Positions 50,142-60,912 of a DNA stretch of 64,000 bases are shown in pieces. The notes below the pieces were generated by a model. That model worked only from the letters and a program-made list of their open reading frames with translations. It was not told the DNA's origin and made no database searches. This DNA is from Vulcanimicrobiota bacterium. Its GTDB lineage: Bacteria > Vulcanimicrobiota > Vulcanimicrobiia > Vulcanimicrobiales > Vulcanimicrobiaceae. The position numbers were made by a program, and so were the translations under genes. The stretch covers positions 288,001-352,000 of the forward strand of contig CAWGBN010000008.1 in assembly GCA_963820825.1 (NCBI GenBank), written 5' to 3'. Each line of letters begins with the position of its first letter. The stretch's first letter is position 1.

Positions 50142-51501
50142 AATCCGGTATCATGTCGTCGTTAGGGAGTTGGTGCATGAAGAATCTCGGCGGTTTCGGC
50201 GCCGCAATCTTCACGAACGGGAGCGGTTTTTGGCGAAAGTCGAAGCACTCACGCGCCGGCGAGTTTGCACGCGCGTCGGCCGCCGCGAGCTGCCCCAAGT
50301 CCCACAGGTTCTCGGCGAAGCGCAGCACGCTTGCCGTCTCGTACTGTTGGTGCGCGACGGTGCCGCGCCGCGCGTACGGTGAGACGACGATCAGCGGGAC
50401 TCGGAATCCGAGCCCGTCGTAATCTTCGTATGGCGGCGGAACGTGATCGTACATTCCGCCCCAATCGTCCCAGGTCACGAAGATCGCCGTCGACTTCCAG
50501 AACTTGCTTTCGCCGACGGTATTGACGAGCGCGGCGACCCACGAAGGCCCGTACCCGCCGCCGCAGTTCGAATGATCGGAGTCGGCGCAGACCGGCGTGA
50601 TCCAGGTGAAGTTTGCAAGCTCGCCGTTGCGTACGTCGGTGATGAACTTCCAGTTCGGCGAGACGACGTTCTTCCAGTCGGGACCGTACCGGATGTGCCG
50701 GACGGCTTGGAAACTCGACCAGAGACTCGCATTGCCGCTCGACGGGCTACCGTATCGCGACGCGTAAAACCGCCAGGAGAGTTTTGCCGCGTCGAGCTCG
50801 TCCGCGAGCGTCTGATAGTTGTAGCACGGATGAATGAGCTGTCCGTACGTCATCCGGTTCTTGGTAATCGTGAAGATGACGTTCTGCTTTCCACCGCCGC
50901 AGCCCCAGAAGCCGCGCGGCAGATTGACGCTCGCGGCCGCCTGGGCGGCGATAACGTATTGATGCGCGACGAAACTCTCGTCTAGCTGCGACTGAAACAT
51001 CCGGTCGGCGACCACTCCTTCGCGCGCCATGTCCCAGTACGGCTGTGAGTCCTTGCGCGGGACGTAGACGTACTGGTCGTGCGTCGGACCTCCGAACGAC
51101 GTCTCTTTATCGAAGCCGTCCATGAGACAGTCGATTCCCGGCAGTACCTGCTTGCCGTCGCACGCGCGAAACATCGCCGTGGTCGAATGATCGACCTGGT
51201 ACTGCAAGGCGAGACTCGCGGGCCGAAGCCGGATCGTCTCTCCCGCGGAGTCCTTGCCTTTCGTTACCGTATCGGCCCCGGGATACCCCATGAAGAGGTT
51301 GTCGAAACTGCGATTCTCCTGCACGATGAAGATGACGTGCGAAATCTTTCCCGCGCCGGTCTCGCCGAGCGCGCGCATTGCCGCGCCGCTTCGCATTCTG
51401 TCATCCTGAGCGGAGCGACCGGAGGGAGCGAAGTCGAAGGACTGCCGTACGCAGCCGGCGAGCATCAAACCCGCCGCGATAAAAACGATCCGCTTACTCA
51501 T
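50134..51501 (-). CDS. Phosphoesterase lipoprotein
   Basis: [17 protein letters not shown] from ATG 51501; same motifs. Confidence 0.9.
   Translation of the reverse strand: MSKRIVFIAAGLMLAGCVRQSFDFAPSGRSAQDDRMRSGAAMRALGETGAGKISHVIFIVQENRSFDNLFMGYPGADTVTKGKDSAGETIRLRPASLALQYQVDHSTTAMFRACDGKQVLPGIDCLMDGFDKETSFGGPTHDQYVYVPRKDSQPYWDMAREGVVADRMFQSQLDESFVAHQYVIAAQAAASVNLPRGFWGCGGGKQNVIFTITKNRMTYGQLIHPCYNYQTLADELDAAKLSWRFYASRYGSPSSGNASLWSSFQAVRHIRYGPDWKNVVSPNWKFITDVRNGELANFTWITPVCADSDHSNCGGGYGPSWVAALVNTVGESKFWKSTAIFVTWDDWGGMYDHVPPPYEDYDGLGFRVPLIVVSPYARRGTVAHQQYETASVLRFAENLWDLGQLAAADARANSPARECFDFRQKPLPFVKIAAPKPPRFFMHQLPNDDMIPDYE
51399..51446 (+). repeat. Long-loop variant of the palindromic repeat, in-frame after the lipobox
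   Basis: TGTCATCCTGAGC-GGAGCGACCGGAGGGAGCGAA-GTCGAAGGA; reads [15 protein letters not shown] on the minus strand. Confidence 0.75.
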
Positions 51502-52837
51502 AATCCGGTGCGAAGTAGTCGTCGGGGAGTTGCTGCATAAAGAACTTCGGGGGCAGCGGCGCCGCGATCTTAACGAACGGGCGCGGTTTCTGGGTGAAAT
51601 CGAAGCAGTCTTTGGCCGGCGAGGCCGCGCGCCGGTCGGCCGCCGCGAGCTGATCGAGCCCGAAGACGTCTTCGGCGAAGCGCAGCACGCTTGCCGTCTC
51701 GTACTGGACGTGCGAAACGTGACCGTGCTTTGCGTAGGGTGAGATGACGAGCAGCGGAACGCGGAAGCCGAGGCCGTCGCGACCGACGTACGGCGGCGCA
51801 ACGTGATCGTAGAGGCCGCCCCAGTCGTCCCAAATCACGAAGATCGCGGTCGAGTCCCAGAACTTGCTCTTGCCGACGGTGTTGACCAGCGCCGCGACCC
51901 ACGACGGACCGTACCCGCCGTAGCAGGCGACGTGATCGGAATCGTCACAGACCGGCGTGATCCAGGTGAAGTTCGCGAGCTCGCCGTTGCGAACGTCGGT
52001 GATGAACTTCCAGTTCGGCGAGATGACGTCTTTCTTCCAGTCGGGGCCGTAACGGATGTGGCGGACGGCTTGATAGCTGGAATACGCGGAGCTCTGTCCG
52101 CTCTGTTTGCTCCCGAACTTCGCGGCATAGAAGCGCCAGGTAAGCTTCGCTTTGTCGAGCTCGTCGCCGAGCGTTTGATAATCGAAGCAGGGCGCGATCT
52201 TGGGACCGTGGGTGTCGCGGTCTTTGGTGATCGTCGCGACCGTATCTCGCTTGCCGCCGGTGCAGCCCCAGTCGTAGGTTGGGAGATCGACGCTCCAGGC
52301 CGCCTGCGCCGCGATGATGTACTGATGCGCGACGAAACTCTCGTCGAGCTGCGACTGAAACGTCTGGTCGGAAACGACCCACTCGCCGGCCATGTCCCAA
52401 TACGGCTTCGAATCGCGGTGCGGCACGTAGACGTAGGCCGGATTCGTCGGGCCGCCCGAATCTTGCTCGTTGTTGAAGCCGTCCATCCGGCAGTCGGTTC
52501 CCGGCAGCTTCCCGGTTCCGTCGCATGCCGCAAACATCGCCGCCGACGAGTGATCGATGTCGTAAGGAAAGCCTTTGAGATGATAGGGAATCAGCTTGAT
52601 CGTCTTACCGTAGGAATCTTTGCCGCTGGGGACCGTATCGGCGTGCGGATAGCCCTGGAAGAGATTGTCGAAGCTGCGGTTCTCTTGCACGATAAAGACG
52701 ACGTGCTCGATCTTTCCCGCACCCGTCTCGTTGAGCGCTTGCAGCGCCGTCCCCGCACGCATGTACGGCAATGCGCCGGCATGCGAACACGCAGCGAGCG
52801 CGAGGGCAAGCCCCGCGCAGGCCAAGCGCTTATTCAT
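51494..52837 (-). CDS. Phosphoesterase lipoprotein
   Basis: LAAC lipobox; same motifs. Confidence 0.9.
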   Translation of the reverse strand: MNKRLACAGLALALAACSHAGALPYMRAGTALQALNETGAGKIEHVVFIVQENRSFDNLFQGYPHADTVPSGKDSYGKTIKLIPYHLKGFPYDIDHSSAAMFAACDGTGKLPGTDCRMDGFNNEQDSGGPTNPAYVYVPHRDSKPYWDMAGEWVVSDQTFQSQLDESFVAHQYIIAAQAAWSVDLPTYDWGCTGGKRDTVATITKDRDTHGPKIAPCFDYQTLGDELDKAKLTWRFYAAKFGSKQSGQSSAYSSYQAVRHIRYGPDWKKDVISPNWKFITDVRNGELANFTWITPVCDDSDHVACYGGYGPSWVAALVNTVGKSKFWDSTAIFVIWDDWGGLYDHVAPPYVGRDGLGFRVPLLVISPYAKHGHVSHVQYETASVLRFAEDVFGLDQLAAADRRAASPAKDCFDFTQKPRPFVKIAAPLPPKFFMQQLPDDYFAPDYE

Positions 52838-54167
52838 AATCGGGTATCTGGTATTCGCCGGACCCGTGCATGAAGAAACTCGGCGGCTTCGGCGCCGCGA
52901 TCTTCACGAAAGGCCGCGGTTTCTGCGCGAAATTGAAGCAGTCTTTAGCCGGCGACTTCGCCCGCCCGTCGGCCGCGGCCATCTGGGGTAAGCCGAAGAG
53001 ATCCTCGGCGAAGCGCAGCACGCTGGCCGTTTCATAATGGATGTGCGAGACGTGCCCGTGCTTGGCGTAGGGAGATATCACGAGCAGCGGAACGCGAAAA
53101 CCGAGGCTGTCGCGGTCGAGATAGGCGGGGGCGACGTGGTCGTAGAGACCGCCCCAATCGTCCCACTGCACGAAGATTGCGGTCGAATCCCAGAACTTGC
53201 TCGCGCCGACGGTATTGACCAGGGCCGCGACCCACGACGGGCCGTAGCCGCCGCCGCAGTTGGTATGGTCGGAGTCGCTGCAGACCGGCGTGATCCAGGT
53301 GAAGTTCGCGAGTTCTCCCTTACGGACGTCGGTGATGAACTTCCAGTTCGGCGAGATGACGTCTTTCTTCCAGTCGGGACCGTAGCGAATGTGCTCGATC
53401 GCGTCGTAGCTCGACCATTCGGCGCCTTGTCCGCTCGAGCGACTGCCGAATTTGCTCGCATAGAAGCGCCACGTGAGCTTTGCCTTGTCGAGCTCGTCGC
53501 CCAGCGTATCGTAGTCGTAGCAGGGCGCGATCTTCGGGCCGAGCGGACTGCGGTCTTTGGTAATCGTTCGAACGTAATCGTAACCTTTGCCGTCGCAGCC
53601 CCACATTCCGAGGGGAATGTTGACGCTCCAGGCGGCTTGCGCGGCGATGATGTATTGGTGCGCGACGAAGCTCTCATCGAGCTGCGATTGGAACATGCGA
53701 TCCGCCAGCACCCATTCGCCGGCCATGTCGAAGTACGGTTTCGACTCCTTATGCGGGACGTACACGTACTGTCCGTTGAGAGGGCCGCCGTAGTTCTTCT
53801 CGTTATTGAAGCCGTCCATTTTGCAGTCGGTTCCGGGAAGTTTTCCGGTGCCGTCGCAGGCAGCGAACATCGCCGTCGTCGAGTGATCGATATCGTATTT
53901 CTGGCGCAGGCTCATCGCCCGCAGCTTGATCGTCTTGCCGTCGGACATCTTCCCCGTCGAAACGGTATCGGCGCCCGGATATCCGTGGAAGAGATCGTCG
54001 AAGCTGCGGTTCTCCTGGACGATGAAGACCACGTGCGAGATTTTGCCGGCTCCGGTCTCGCCGAGCGCAGTAAGGGGCGCCTCGCCGCGCATATACGGCA
54101 GCGACGACTGGGCCGCGGAACAGCTCGCGAGCGCAATCGCCGCAGCGACCGTCGTAAATCGTTTCAT
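52830..54167 (-). CDS. Phosphoesterase lipoprotein
   Basis: LASC lipobox; same motifs. Confidence 0.9.
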   Translation of the reverse strand: MKRFTTVAAAIALASCSAAQSSLPYMRGEAPLTALGETGAGKISHVVFIVQENRSFDDLFHGYPGADTVSTGKMSDGKTIKLRAMSLRQKYDIDHSTTAMFAACDGTGKLPGTDCKMDGFNNEKNYGGPLNGQYVYVPHKESKPYFDMAGEWVLADRMFQSQLDESFVAHQYIIAAQAAWSVNIPLGMWGCDGKGYDYVRTITKDRSPLGPKIAPCYDYDTLGDELDKAKLTWRFYASKFGSRSSGQGAEWSSYDAIEHIRYGPDWKKDVISPNWKFITDVRKGELANFTWITPVCSDSDHTNCGGGYGPSWVAALVNTVGASKFWDSTAIFVQWDDWGGLYDHVAPAYLDRDSLGFRVPLLVISPYAKHGHVSHIHYETASVLRFAEDLFGLPQMAAADGRAKSPAKDCFNFAQKPRPFVKIAAPKPPSFFMHGSGEYQIPDYE

Positions 54168-55489
54168 AAATCCGTGTCGGGCATCCGCGGGTCGACCGGC
54201 TGATTCATAAAGAAGGCCTCACCTTTCGGCGCCTTGATCGGCACAAAGTTGCGCGGCTGCTGGTTGAAGTCGAAGCAGTCTTGCGCCGGCGAGGTCGCTC
54301 GGGAATCGGCATCCGCAAGATGACCGAGTCCGAAGAGATCCTCGGCGAAGCGCAGCACGCTCGCGGTTTCGTAGGGCACGTGCGAGACGTAGTTCTGCTT
54401 GGCATAGGCGGAGATCACGATGAGCGGCACCCGAAAGCCGAGACCGTCAAAATCCTTGAACTTCGGCGGAACCGGATCGTAGAATCCGCCCCAATCGTCC
54501 CACTGCACGAAAACGACCGTGGAATCCCAAAAGTTGCTCTTGCCGACGGCGTTGACGACCGAGGCGACCCAAGAGGGCCCGAATCCGCCGCCGCAGGCCG
54601 GGTGGTCGGAATCGGGACAGGTCGGCGTAACCCAGGTAAAGGCCGCGAGCTTGCCGGCCTTCACGTCGGTGAGAAACTTCTTCTGCGGCGTGATGACGTT
54701 CTTCCAGTCGGGGCCGTTAAAAATATGATTGACTGCCTGATAGCTCGACCAATACCCGCTCGTCGGCACGGTGTACGCGCTGGTGTAAAAGCGCCAGTCG
54801 AGATGCGCGCCGTCGAGCTCGTCGCCGAGCGTCTGGTAGTCGAAGCAAGGCTGCTGTGAGGCGCCGATCGTGCGCTGCGCGGTGAGCGTCGCGACGGAAT
54901 CGGTCTTCCCGCCCGGGCAGCCCCACGGCGCGATCGAAGGAACGTTGACGCTCGACAGCGCCTGCGCCGCGATGACGTATTGATGGGCGACGAAACTCTC
55001 ATCGAGCTGCGACGCGAACATGTGATCGGCGACGACGAACTCGTGCGCCATGTCGAAGTACGGCTTACTCTCCTTATGCGGCACGTACGCGAACTGACCG
55101 TTCTTCGGCCCGCCCATCAGAAACTCGAGATCGAAGCCGTGGTTCGTGCACTTGGTTCCGGGCAGCTTGCCCTTCCCGTAGCAGGCTCGGAACATCGCAC
55201 TCGACGAGTGATCGATGTCGTACTGCGTCGCGAGCGAGACCGGCTGGAGCGCGATGGTCCCGCCGCGCGAGTCGATCCCTTTCGAAACGGTCTTGGCTCC
55301 CGGATACCCTTCGAAGAGATCGTTGAAGCTGCGGTTCTCTTGAACCACGTAGACGACGTGCGCGATCTTCCCGGAGCCTGATGAGCTCAGCGCTCGCACC
55401 GCCGCGCCGCCTCGCATGTATGGCAGCTGCGGGGCGGTAGAACAGCCCGCGAGAGCCAGAGCGGCAACCATCGCGGCGGTCCGGATCAT
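54164..55489 (-). CDS. Phosphoesterase lipoprotein
   Basis: LAGC lipobox; same motifs. Confidence 0.9.
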   Translation of the reverse strand: MIRTAAMVAALALAGCSTAPQLPYMRGGAAVRALSSSGSGKIAHVVYVVQENRSFNDLFEGYPGAKTVSKGIDSRGGTIALQPVSLATQYDIDHSSSAMFRACYGKGKLPGTKCTNHGFDLEFLMGGPKNGQFAYVPHKESKPYFDMAHEFVVADHMFASQLDESFVAHQYVIAAQALSSVNVPSIAPWGCPGGKTDSVATLTAQRTIGASQQPCFDYQTLGDELDGAHLDWRFYTSAYTVPTSGYWSSYQAVNHIFNGPDWKNVITPQKKFLTDVKAGKLAAFTWVTPTCPDSDHPACGGGFGPSWVASVVNAVGKSNFWDSTVVFVQWDDWGGFYDPVPPKFKDFDGLGFRVPLIVISAYAKQNYVSHVPYETASVLRFAEDLFGLGHLADADSRATSPAQDCFDFNQQPRNFVPIKAPKGEAFFMNQPVDPRMPDTDL

Positions 55490-56838
55490 TGCGCGTCGGG
55501 AATCCGCGGATCGACCGGTTGATTCAAAAAGAAGGCTTCGTCCTTGGGCGCCTTGATCGGAACGAACTTGCGCGGCTTCTGCAAGAAATTGAAGCAGTCT
55601 TTGGCCGGAGAGAGCGCGCGCGCGTCGGCGGCGGAGAGCTGATTGAGACCGAAGAGATCTTCGGCATACCGCAACACGCTCGCGGTCTCGTACTGCTTGT
55701 GCGAGACGAAGTCTTTCTTCGCGTACGGTGAGATGATGATGAGCGGAACGCGGAAACCCAGGCCGTCGTAATCTTTAAAGGGCGGCGCAACGTGATCGTA
55801 GAGCCCGCCCCAATCGTCCCACTGCACGAAGACCACGGTCGAATCCCAGAACTTGCTCTCGCCGACCGCATTGACCAACGACGTCACCCACGACGGTCCC
55901 AAGCCGCCGCCGCAGTCGGAGTGATCGGAGTCGGGACAGGTCGGCGTGATCCAGGTAAACGCCGCAAGCTTTCCCGACTTCACGTCGGTGAGAAAGCGCT
56001 TTTGCGGATTGATTACGTCCTTCTTCCAATCGGGTCCGTAGAAGATATGCTTCACCGCCTGATAGCTCGACCAGAAGCCTCCATACGGAACCGTGTACTT
56101 GTTCGTGTAGAACCGCCACGCCAAGCCGGCCTTGTCGAGTTCGTCGCCGAGCGTCTGGTAATTGAAGCACGGGACGAGGGAATTGCCGTACTGCCGATTC
56201 TTGGTGAGCGTCGAAACCGAGTCGGCGCGTCCTCCGCCGCATCCCCAGTAGAGGTCGGGAACGTCGACGGCCGAGTTCGCCTGCGCGGCGATGATGTACT
56301 GATGCGCGACGAAGCTCTCGTCGAGCTGCGAGGCGAAGGTGCGATCGGAGAGCACGAACTCGTGGGCCATGTCGAAGTACGGCTTCGACTCGTCATGCGG
56401 AACGTAGGCGTACATTCCGTAGTAGGGGCCGCCGTAGGAGCGCTCCTTATTAAAGCCGTTCATCCGGCACTCCGTTCCGGGCAGCTTTCCCTTGCCGTTG
56501 CACGCGAGGAACATCCCTTCGGCCGAATGGTTCATCTCATAGGCCGTCGTCAACGAGATCGGTTTGAGCGGAACTTTGAAGCCGTCGGAGTCCTTGCCCT
56601 TCGAGACCGTGTCGGCGCCAGGATAGCCTTGAAACATATCGTCGAAGCTGCGGTTCTCTTGAACGATCCAGACGATGTGTTTGATCTTTCCCGCGCCGCT
56701 CGTGAGCATCGTTTCGACCGTCGCGCTCCCGCCGGCTCCCGCCCCGGCGTATGGGAGTGCCGGCGCGTTCGATGCGGTACATCCGGAAAAGACGAAGACG
56801 GCGGCTGCTACCGCCGCGACTGAAAAAAGCCGGCCCAT
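55486..56838 (-). CDS. Phosphoesterase lipoprotein (first gene of array 2)
   Basis: FSGC lipobox; same motifs; ATG 56838 preferred. Confidence 0.9.
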   Translation of the reverse strand: MGRLFSVAAVAAAVFVFSGCTASNAPALPYAGAGAGGSATVETMLTSGAGKIKHIVWIVQENRSFDDMFQGYPGADTVSKGKDSDGFKVPLKPISLTTAYEMNHSAEGMFLACNGKGKLPGTECRMNGFNKERSYGGPYYGMYAYVPHDESKPYFDMAHEFVLSDRTFASQLDESFVAHQYIIAAQANSAVDVPDLYWGCGGGRADSVSTLTKNRQYGNSLVPCFNYQTLGDELDKAGLAWRFYTNKYTVPYGGFWSSYQAVKHIFYGPDWKKDVINPQKRFLTDVKSGKLAAFTWITPTCPDSDHSDCGGGLGPSWVTSLVNAVGESKFWDSTVVFVQWDDWGGLYDHVAPPFKDYDGLGFRVPLIIISPYAKKDFVSHKQYETASVLRYAEDLFGLNQLSAADARALSPAKDCFNFLQKPRKFVPIKAPKDEAFFLNQPVDPRIPDAQ

Positions 56839-57037
56839 GATGGTGCCCAATGCCCCAAGCACGGGCGCCTTCCCTCCGTTCGTTTCCGGAAGAGGCTGAG
56901 CAGGCGTCCGCCTAGCCGCCTTGAGATTATTCCCCTGGTTCGCGCGTTCCTTAAATGTCCCCCTCGGGGGAGGTAGGCGGACCTACCGGACCTAAGTCAC
57001 ACCCTCCCAGATTAGGCCTACGTTATAAGGAGCTTTT

Positions 57038-58234
57038 GTGAACGCACCCGTGAAACTTGTGGTGCCGCTTCTTGCGACACTCGCATTCGCCGCATGTAAT
57101 GCCGGCGGCAGTTCAAATTTGCCGGGCTCGCCCGGCCAGAGCATCTCTCAAGGCCACTCCGTTGTTCCGGAGTGGCAAGCTAAGCATCTCGCCCGGCGCG
57201 CCTGCCCCGACGTACCGCCGGGTTACGCGCGTTGCGACGCGCTGATCATCAACGGCGGCAACAAGATCGGCCCCGATTACCCGGGCTGGAAGCCCGCCGA
57301 TTTTCAGGCGCGCTACAAGCTGCCCATCACCCAGGGCGCCGGGCAGATCGTCGCGATCGTCGATGCGTACGACAATCCGAACGCAGCGACCGACTTGGCC
57401 ACGTACCGCACCGCGTACGGGCTCGGAACGGCGAACTTCAAGAAGTACAACCAGACCGGGCAACAGAGCAACTATCCCAAGGGCAGCCAGGGCTGGGGCC
57501 TCGAGGAAGACCTCGACATCGAAATGGCCTCGGCCTCGTGCCCGAAGTGCACGGTCTATCTCGTCGAAGCGAACGGCGCCGACACGAACGACCTCGAGAC
57601 CGCGGAAGCCGAAGCGGTAACGCTCGGCGCGCACATCGTCAGCAACAGCTGGGGATGCCCGGGCTCGAACTCCTGCGTCAGCAGTTCGTACTTCAGTAAG
57701 TCCGGCGTGGTCTTTCTCGCATCGGCCGGCGACAGCGGCTACGGCACGCAGGCACCTGCGGCGCTCGCTAGCGTCGTCTCCGTCGGCGGAACGGTCATGT
57801 CGAAGAGCGGCTCGCCGCCGGTCTACAACGAGACCGCCTGGAACGGCAGCGGCTCGGGATGCGCGACGGGCATCGGCAAACCGTCGTGGCAGCACGACAC
57901 CGGCTGCTCGTCTCGCACGATGAACGACATCTCGGCCGTGGCATTCCAAGCCTCCGAGTACGACACCTACGGTTACGGCGGCTGGTTTACGGTCGGCGGA
58001 ACGAGCGTTTCCTCGCCGTTGATTGCCGGCGTCTTCGGTCTGGCCGGCAATGCCAGCTCGCTCGATGACGCTAAGAAATTCTGGACCCTCAAGAAGAAGG
58101 CCCGGAAGAAAGCCTACAACGACATCATCAGCGGCAGCAACGGTTCGTGCGGCGGAGGCTATCTCTGCACCGCGGGCAAGGGCTACGACGGACCGACCGG
58201 TTGGGGAACACCCAAAGGCGTCAAGGCGTTCTAG
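57038..58234 (+). CDS. S53/S8-like peptidase lipoprotein
   Basis: FAAC lipobox, EEDLD, SNSWG, SAGDSG, GGTSVSSP, GYDGPTGWGTP. Confidence 0.9.
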   Translation: MNAPVKLVVPLLATLAFAACNAGGSSNLPGSPGQSISQGHSVVPEWQAKHLARRACPDVPPGYARCDALIINGGNKIGPDYPGWKPADFQARYKLPITQGAGQIVAIVDAYDNPNAATDLATYRTAYGLGTANFKKYNQTGQQSNYPKGSQGWGLEEDLDIEMASASCPKCTVYLVEANGADTNDLETAEAEAVTLGAHIVSNSWGCPGSNSCVSSSYFSKSGVVFLASAGDSGYGTQAPAALASVVSVGGTVMSKSGSPPVYNETAWNGSGSGCATGIGKPSWQHDTGCSSRTMNDISAVAFQASEYDTYGYGGWFTVGGTSVSSPLIAGVFGLAGNASSLDDAKKFWTLKKKARKKAYNDIISGSNGSCGGGYLCTAGKGYDGPTGWGTPKGVKAF

Positions 58235-58246
58235 AGAGGAGTATTT

Positions 58247-59449
58247 GTGAACGCAACCTTCAAACTCGCAGTGCCGCTGCTTGCGGCGCTCGCAATGACC
58301 GCTTGTAACGCAGGCGGTTCGAACGGCGTGCCGGGAATGGCCGGCACGTCAACTACGCAAACGCAATCACGCACCCTCCTACCGGATTGGCAAGCGAAGG
58401 GTCTGGCAAAGCCGGCCTGCCCGCAAGTCACCGGTAAAGCGACGTGCTTGGCGCTGATCCAATCCAAGAGCGGCATCCGGCCCGACGTTGCCGGTTGGGC
58501 GCCCGCCGATTTCCAGGCGCGCTACCACCTGCCGTCGGGGACGAACGGAGCCGGACAGATCGTCGCGATCGTCGACGCCTACGACAATCCGAACGTTGCT
58601 ACGGATCTCGCGAACTATCGCAGCCAGTTCGGGCTGGGAACTGCGAACTTCTTCAAGTACAACCAAGTCGGGCAACAGAGCAATTACCCAAGCGGAAGCA
58701 CCGGTTGGGGCGTCGAGATCGATCTCGACGTCGACATGGTCTCGGCTGGTTGCCCGAAGTGCACGATCTACCTCGTTGAAGCGAACAGCAACAACACCAG
58801 CGATCTAGAAGCAGCCGAAAACGAGGCTGTTGCACTCGGTGCGAAGATCATCTCGAATAGCTGGATCTGCTACGACTCGTCGTGCGGAACTTCGCAGTCG
58901 TACTTCGACACGCCGGGCATCATGTATCTGGCCGCCTCGGGCGACGCCGGCTACAACAACAACGGCCCGCCGATGTGGTTCCCCAGCGTCGTCGCGGTCG
59001 GCGGCACCGTGCTCTCGAAGAGCGGTTCCACCTACAGCGAATCGGTGTGGAACGGCGCGGGCTCGGGCTGCTCGCCGGGTCAGACGAAACCGTCGTGGCA
59101 GCACGACACGGGCTGCACCACGCGCACGGCTGCCGACGTATCGGCAGTTGCGTGGCAGGTCGCGGAGTATGACACGTATGGTTACGGCGGCTGGTTCACG
59201 GTCGGCGGCACGAGCGCGGCTTCGCCGATGATCGCGGCCGTCTACGGTCTGGCCGGCAACGCCAGCAAGATGGACGCGGCCAAGAAGCTCTGGTCGCTCA
59301 AGAAGAGGCACCGCAAGCACTGGCTGAACGACATCACGACCGGTCAAAACGGCTCGTGCAGCGGCAGCCAGGCCTACCTCTGCCACGGCGGCGCCGGCTA
59401 CGACGGACCGACGGGTTGGGGAACGCCCAAGGGCATCAAGGCATTCTAA
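58247..59449 (+). CDS. S53/S8-like peptidase lipoprotein
   Basis: MTAC lipobox, EIDLD, ASGDAG, GGTSAASP, GYDGPTGWGTP. Confidence 0.9.
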   Translation: MNATFKLAVPLLAALAMTACNAGGSNGVPGMAGTSTTQTQSRTLLPDWQAKGLAKPACPQVTGKATCLALIQSKSGIRPDVAGWAPADFQARYHLPSGTNGAGQIVAIVDAYDNPNVATDLANYRSQFGLGTANFFKYNQVGQQSNYPSGSTGWGVEIDLDVDMVSAGCPKCTIYLVEANSNNTSDLEAAENEAVALGAKIISNSWICYDSSCGTSQSYFDTPGIMYLAASGDAGYNNNGPPMWFPSVVAVGGTVLSKSGSTYSESVWNGAGSGCSPGQTKPSWQHDTGCTTRTAADVSAVAWQVAEYDTYGYGGWFTVGGTSAASPMIAAVYGLAGNASKMDAAKKLWSLKKRHRKHWLNDITTGQNGSCSGSQAYLCHGGAGYDGPTGWGTPKGIKAF

Positions 59450-59476
59450 TTTAGAGACGCCTTACGCCTAACAATG

Positions 59477-59504
59477 AGAGGCGGCGCATCGCGCCGCCTC
59501 TTTT
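59477..59504 (+). terminator. Rho-independent terminator between convergent genes
   Basis: AGAGGCGGCGC-ATC-GCGCCGCCTCT followed by TTT. Confidence 0.8.
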
Positions 59505-60846
59505 ATTGTTCGTCGGGAATGCGCCGGTCGGCGTGCTGCAGATGGAGGAACCATTCGATGCCTTTGGGCGCGCGAATCGGAACGAAGGCGCGCGGCCTCT
59601 GATTGAAATCGAAGCAATCGGCGGCCGGTGAGGTCGCGCGCGCGTCGGCCGCGGCGAGCTGCGGCAGTTTCCAAAGGTCTTCGGCAAACCGCAAGACGCT
59701 CGCCGTCTCGTACTGCACGTGCGAGACGTAGTCTCTCTTCGCGTACGGCGAGATCACGAGCATCGGAACGCGGAAGCCGAGACCGTCGTAATCCTTAAAC
59801 GGCGGCTTGACCGGATCGTAGAGGCCGCCCCAATCGTCCCACTGCACGAAGATGACGGTCGAATCCCAGAACTTGCTCTTGCCGATCGTGTTGACGATCG
59901 CGCTGACCCACGAGGGACCGAAGCCGCCGCCGCAGTTGGTGTGATCGGAGTTCGCGCAGAGCGGCGTGATCCAGGTAAAATCGGCGAGCTTGCCCTTCGG
60001 AACGTCGGTAAGAAACCGTTTCTGCGGATAGAGGACGTTCTTGGCCCAATCGGGGCCTTCGTAGATGTGCTTCACGGCCTGATAGCTCGACCAGACCGCA
60101 CCGAACCCGCTCGAGGGCGTACCGTATTGGCTCGAGTAGAACTTCCACGAGAGCCCGGCCTTGTCGAGCTCGTCGCCGAGCGTCTGATAGTCGAAGCAGG
60201 GTATCTGTCTTGGCCCGTACGTGCGATCGGAGTTCAACGTGTTGACGAAGTCGCTCGGGCCCGGCGGGCAGCCCCACGGGCCGTACGGCAAATCGACGCT
60301 CGTTTGCGCCTGCGCCGCGATCGCGTATTGATGGGCAACGAAACTCTCGTCGATCTGCGATTGGAACATGCGATCGGCGAGCACCCATTGGTGCGCCATG
60401 CTGAAGTATGGCTTCGAATCCTCGTGCGGCACGTAGGCGTACTGCGGAAACTTGATGCCCGGCGGGCCGTCGGCGAACCATTCTTTGTCGAAGCCGTCCA
60501 TCCGGCAGTGCGTGCCCGGAAGCCCTCGCGCGCTATTGCACGCCGCGAACATCGCCGTTGAGGAATGATCGATCGTGTACTTAAAGCGCAGCTTGATCGG
60601 CTGGAGCACGAGCGTCTTTCCCTTGGAATCCTTTCCGCTGGTGACCGTGTACGCTCCGGGATATCCGTAGAAGAGATTGTTGAAGCTGCGGTTCTCTTGC
60701 ACGACGAAGACGACGTGTAGAATCTTGCCGGCGCCGGTTGGAGCGGCCGGCGGGACGCCGTGCATCGGAAGCGATGCCGGCGTGCCGGACGAGCAAGCGC
60801 TTAGCACGGCTGCGGCAAGGAATGATCCCGCCAAAGGCGTCTTCAC
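59503..60846 (-). CDS. Phosphoesterase lipoprotein
   Basis: LSAC lipobox, QENRSFN, ESFVAHQ, DDWGG. Confidence 0.9.
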   Translation of the reverse strand: MKTPLAGSFLAAAVLSACSSGTPASLPMHGVPPAAPTGAGKILHVVFVVQENRSFNNLFYGYPGAYTVTSGKDSKGKTLVLQPIKLRFKYTIDHSSTAMFAACNSARGLPGTHCRMDGFDKEWFADGPPGIKFPQYAYVPHEDSKPYFSMAHQWVLADRMFQSQIDESFVAHQYAIAAQAQTSVDLPYGPWGCPPGPSDFVNTLNSDRTYGPRQIPCFDYQTLGDELDKAGLSWKFYSSQYGTPSSGFGAVWSSYQAVKHIYEGPDWAKNVLYPQKRFLTDVPKGKLADFTWITPLCANSDHTNCGGGFGPSWVSAIVNTIGKSKFWDSTVIFVQWDDWGGLYDPVKPPFKDYDGLGFRVPMLVISPYAKRDYVSHVQYETASVLRFAEDLWKLPQLAAADARATSPAADCFDFNQRPRAFVPIRAPKGIEWFLHLQHADRRIPDEQ

Positions 60847-60912
60847 GAGGGACGCCTTCCGCGCGGGCCTAACCTAGCCTTCCCAAGCTCTACTCGCAAA
60901 AGGAGCACACCA

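Noticed and set aside
26160..60846. CRISPR array, DGR or invertase shufflon as explanation of the repeated sequences
   Set aside because: The repeats are coding paralog motifs about 1.35 kb apart; no spacers, cas genes, reverse transcriptase, adenine-specific variation or recombinase seen.
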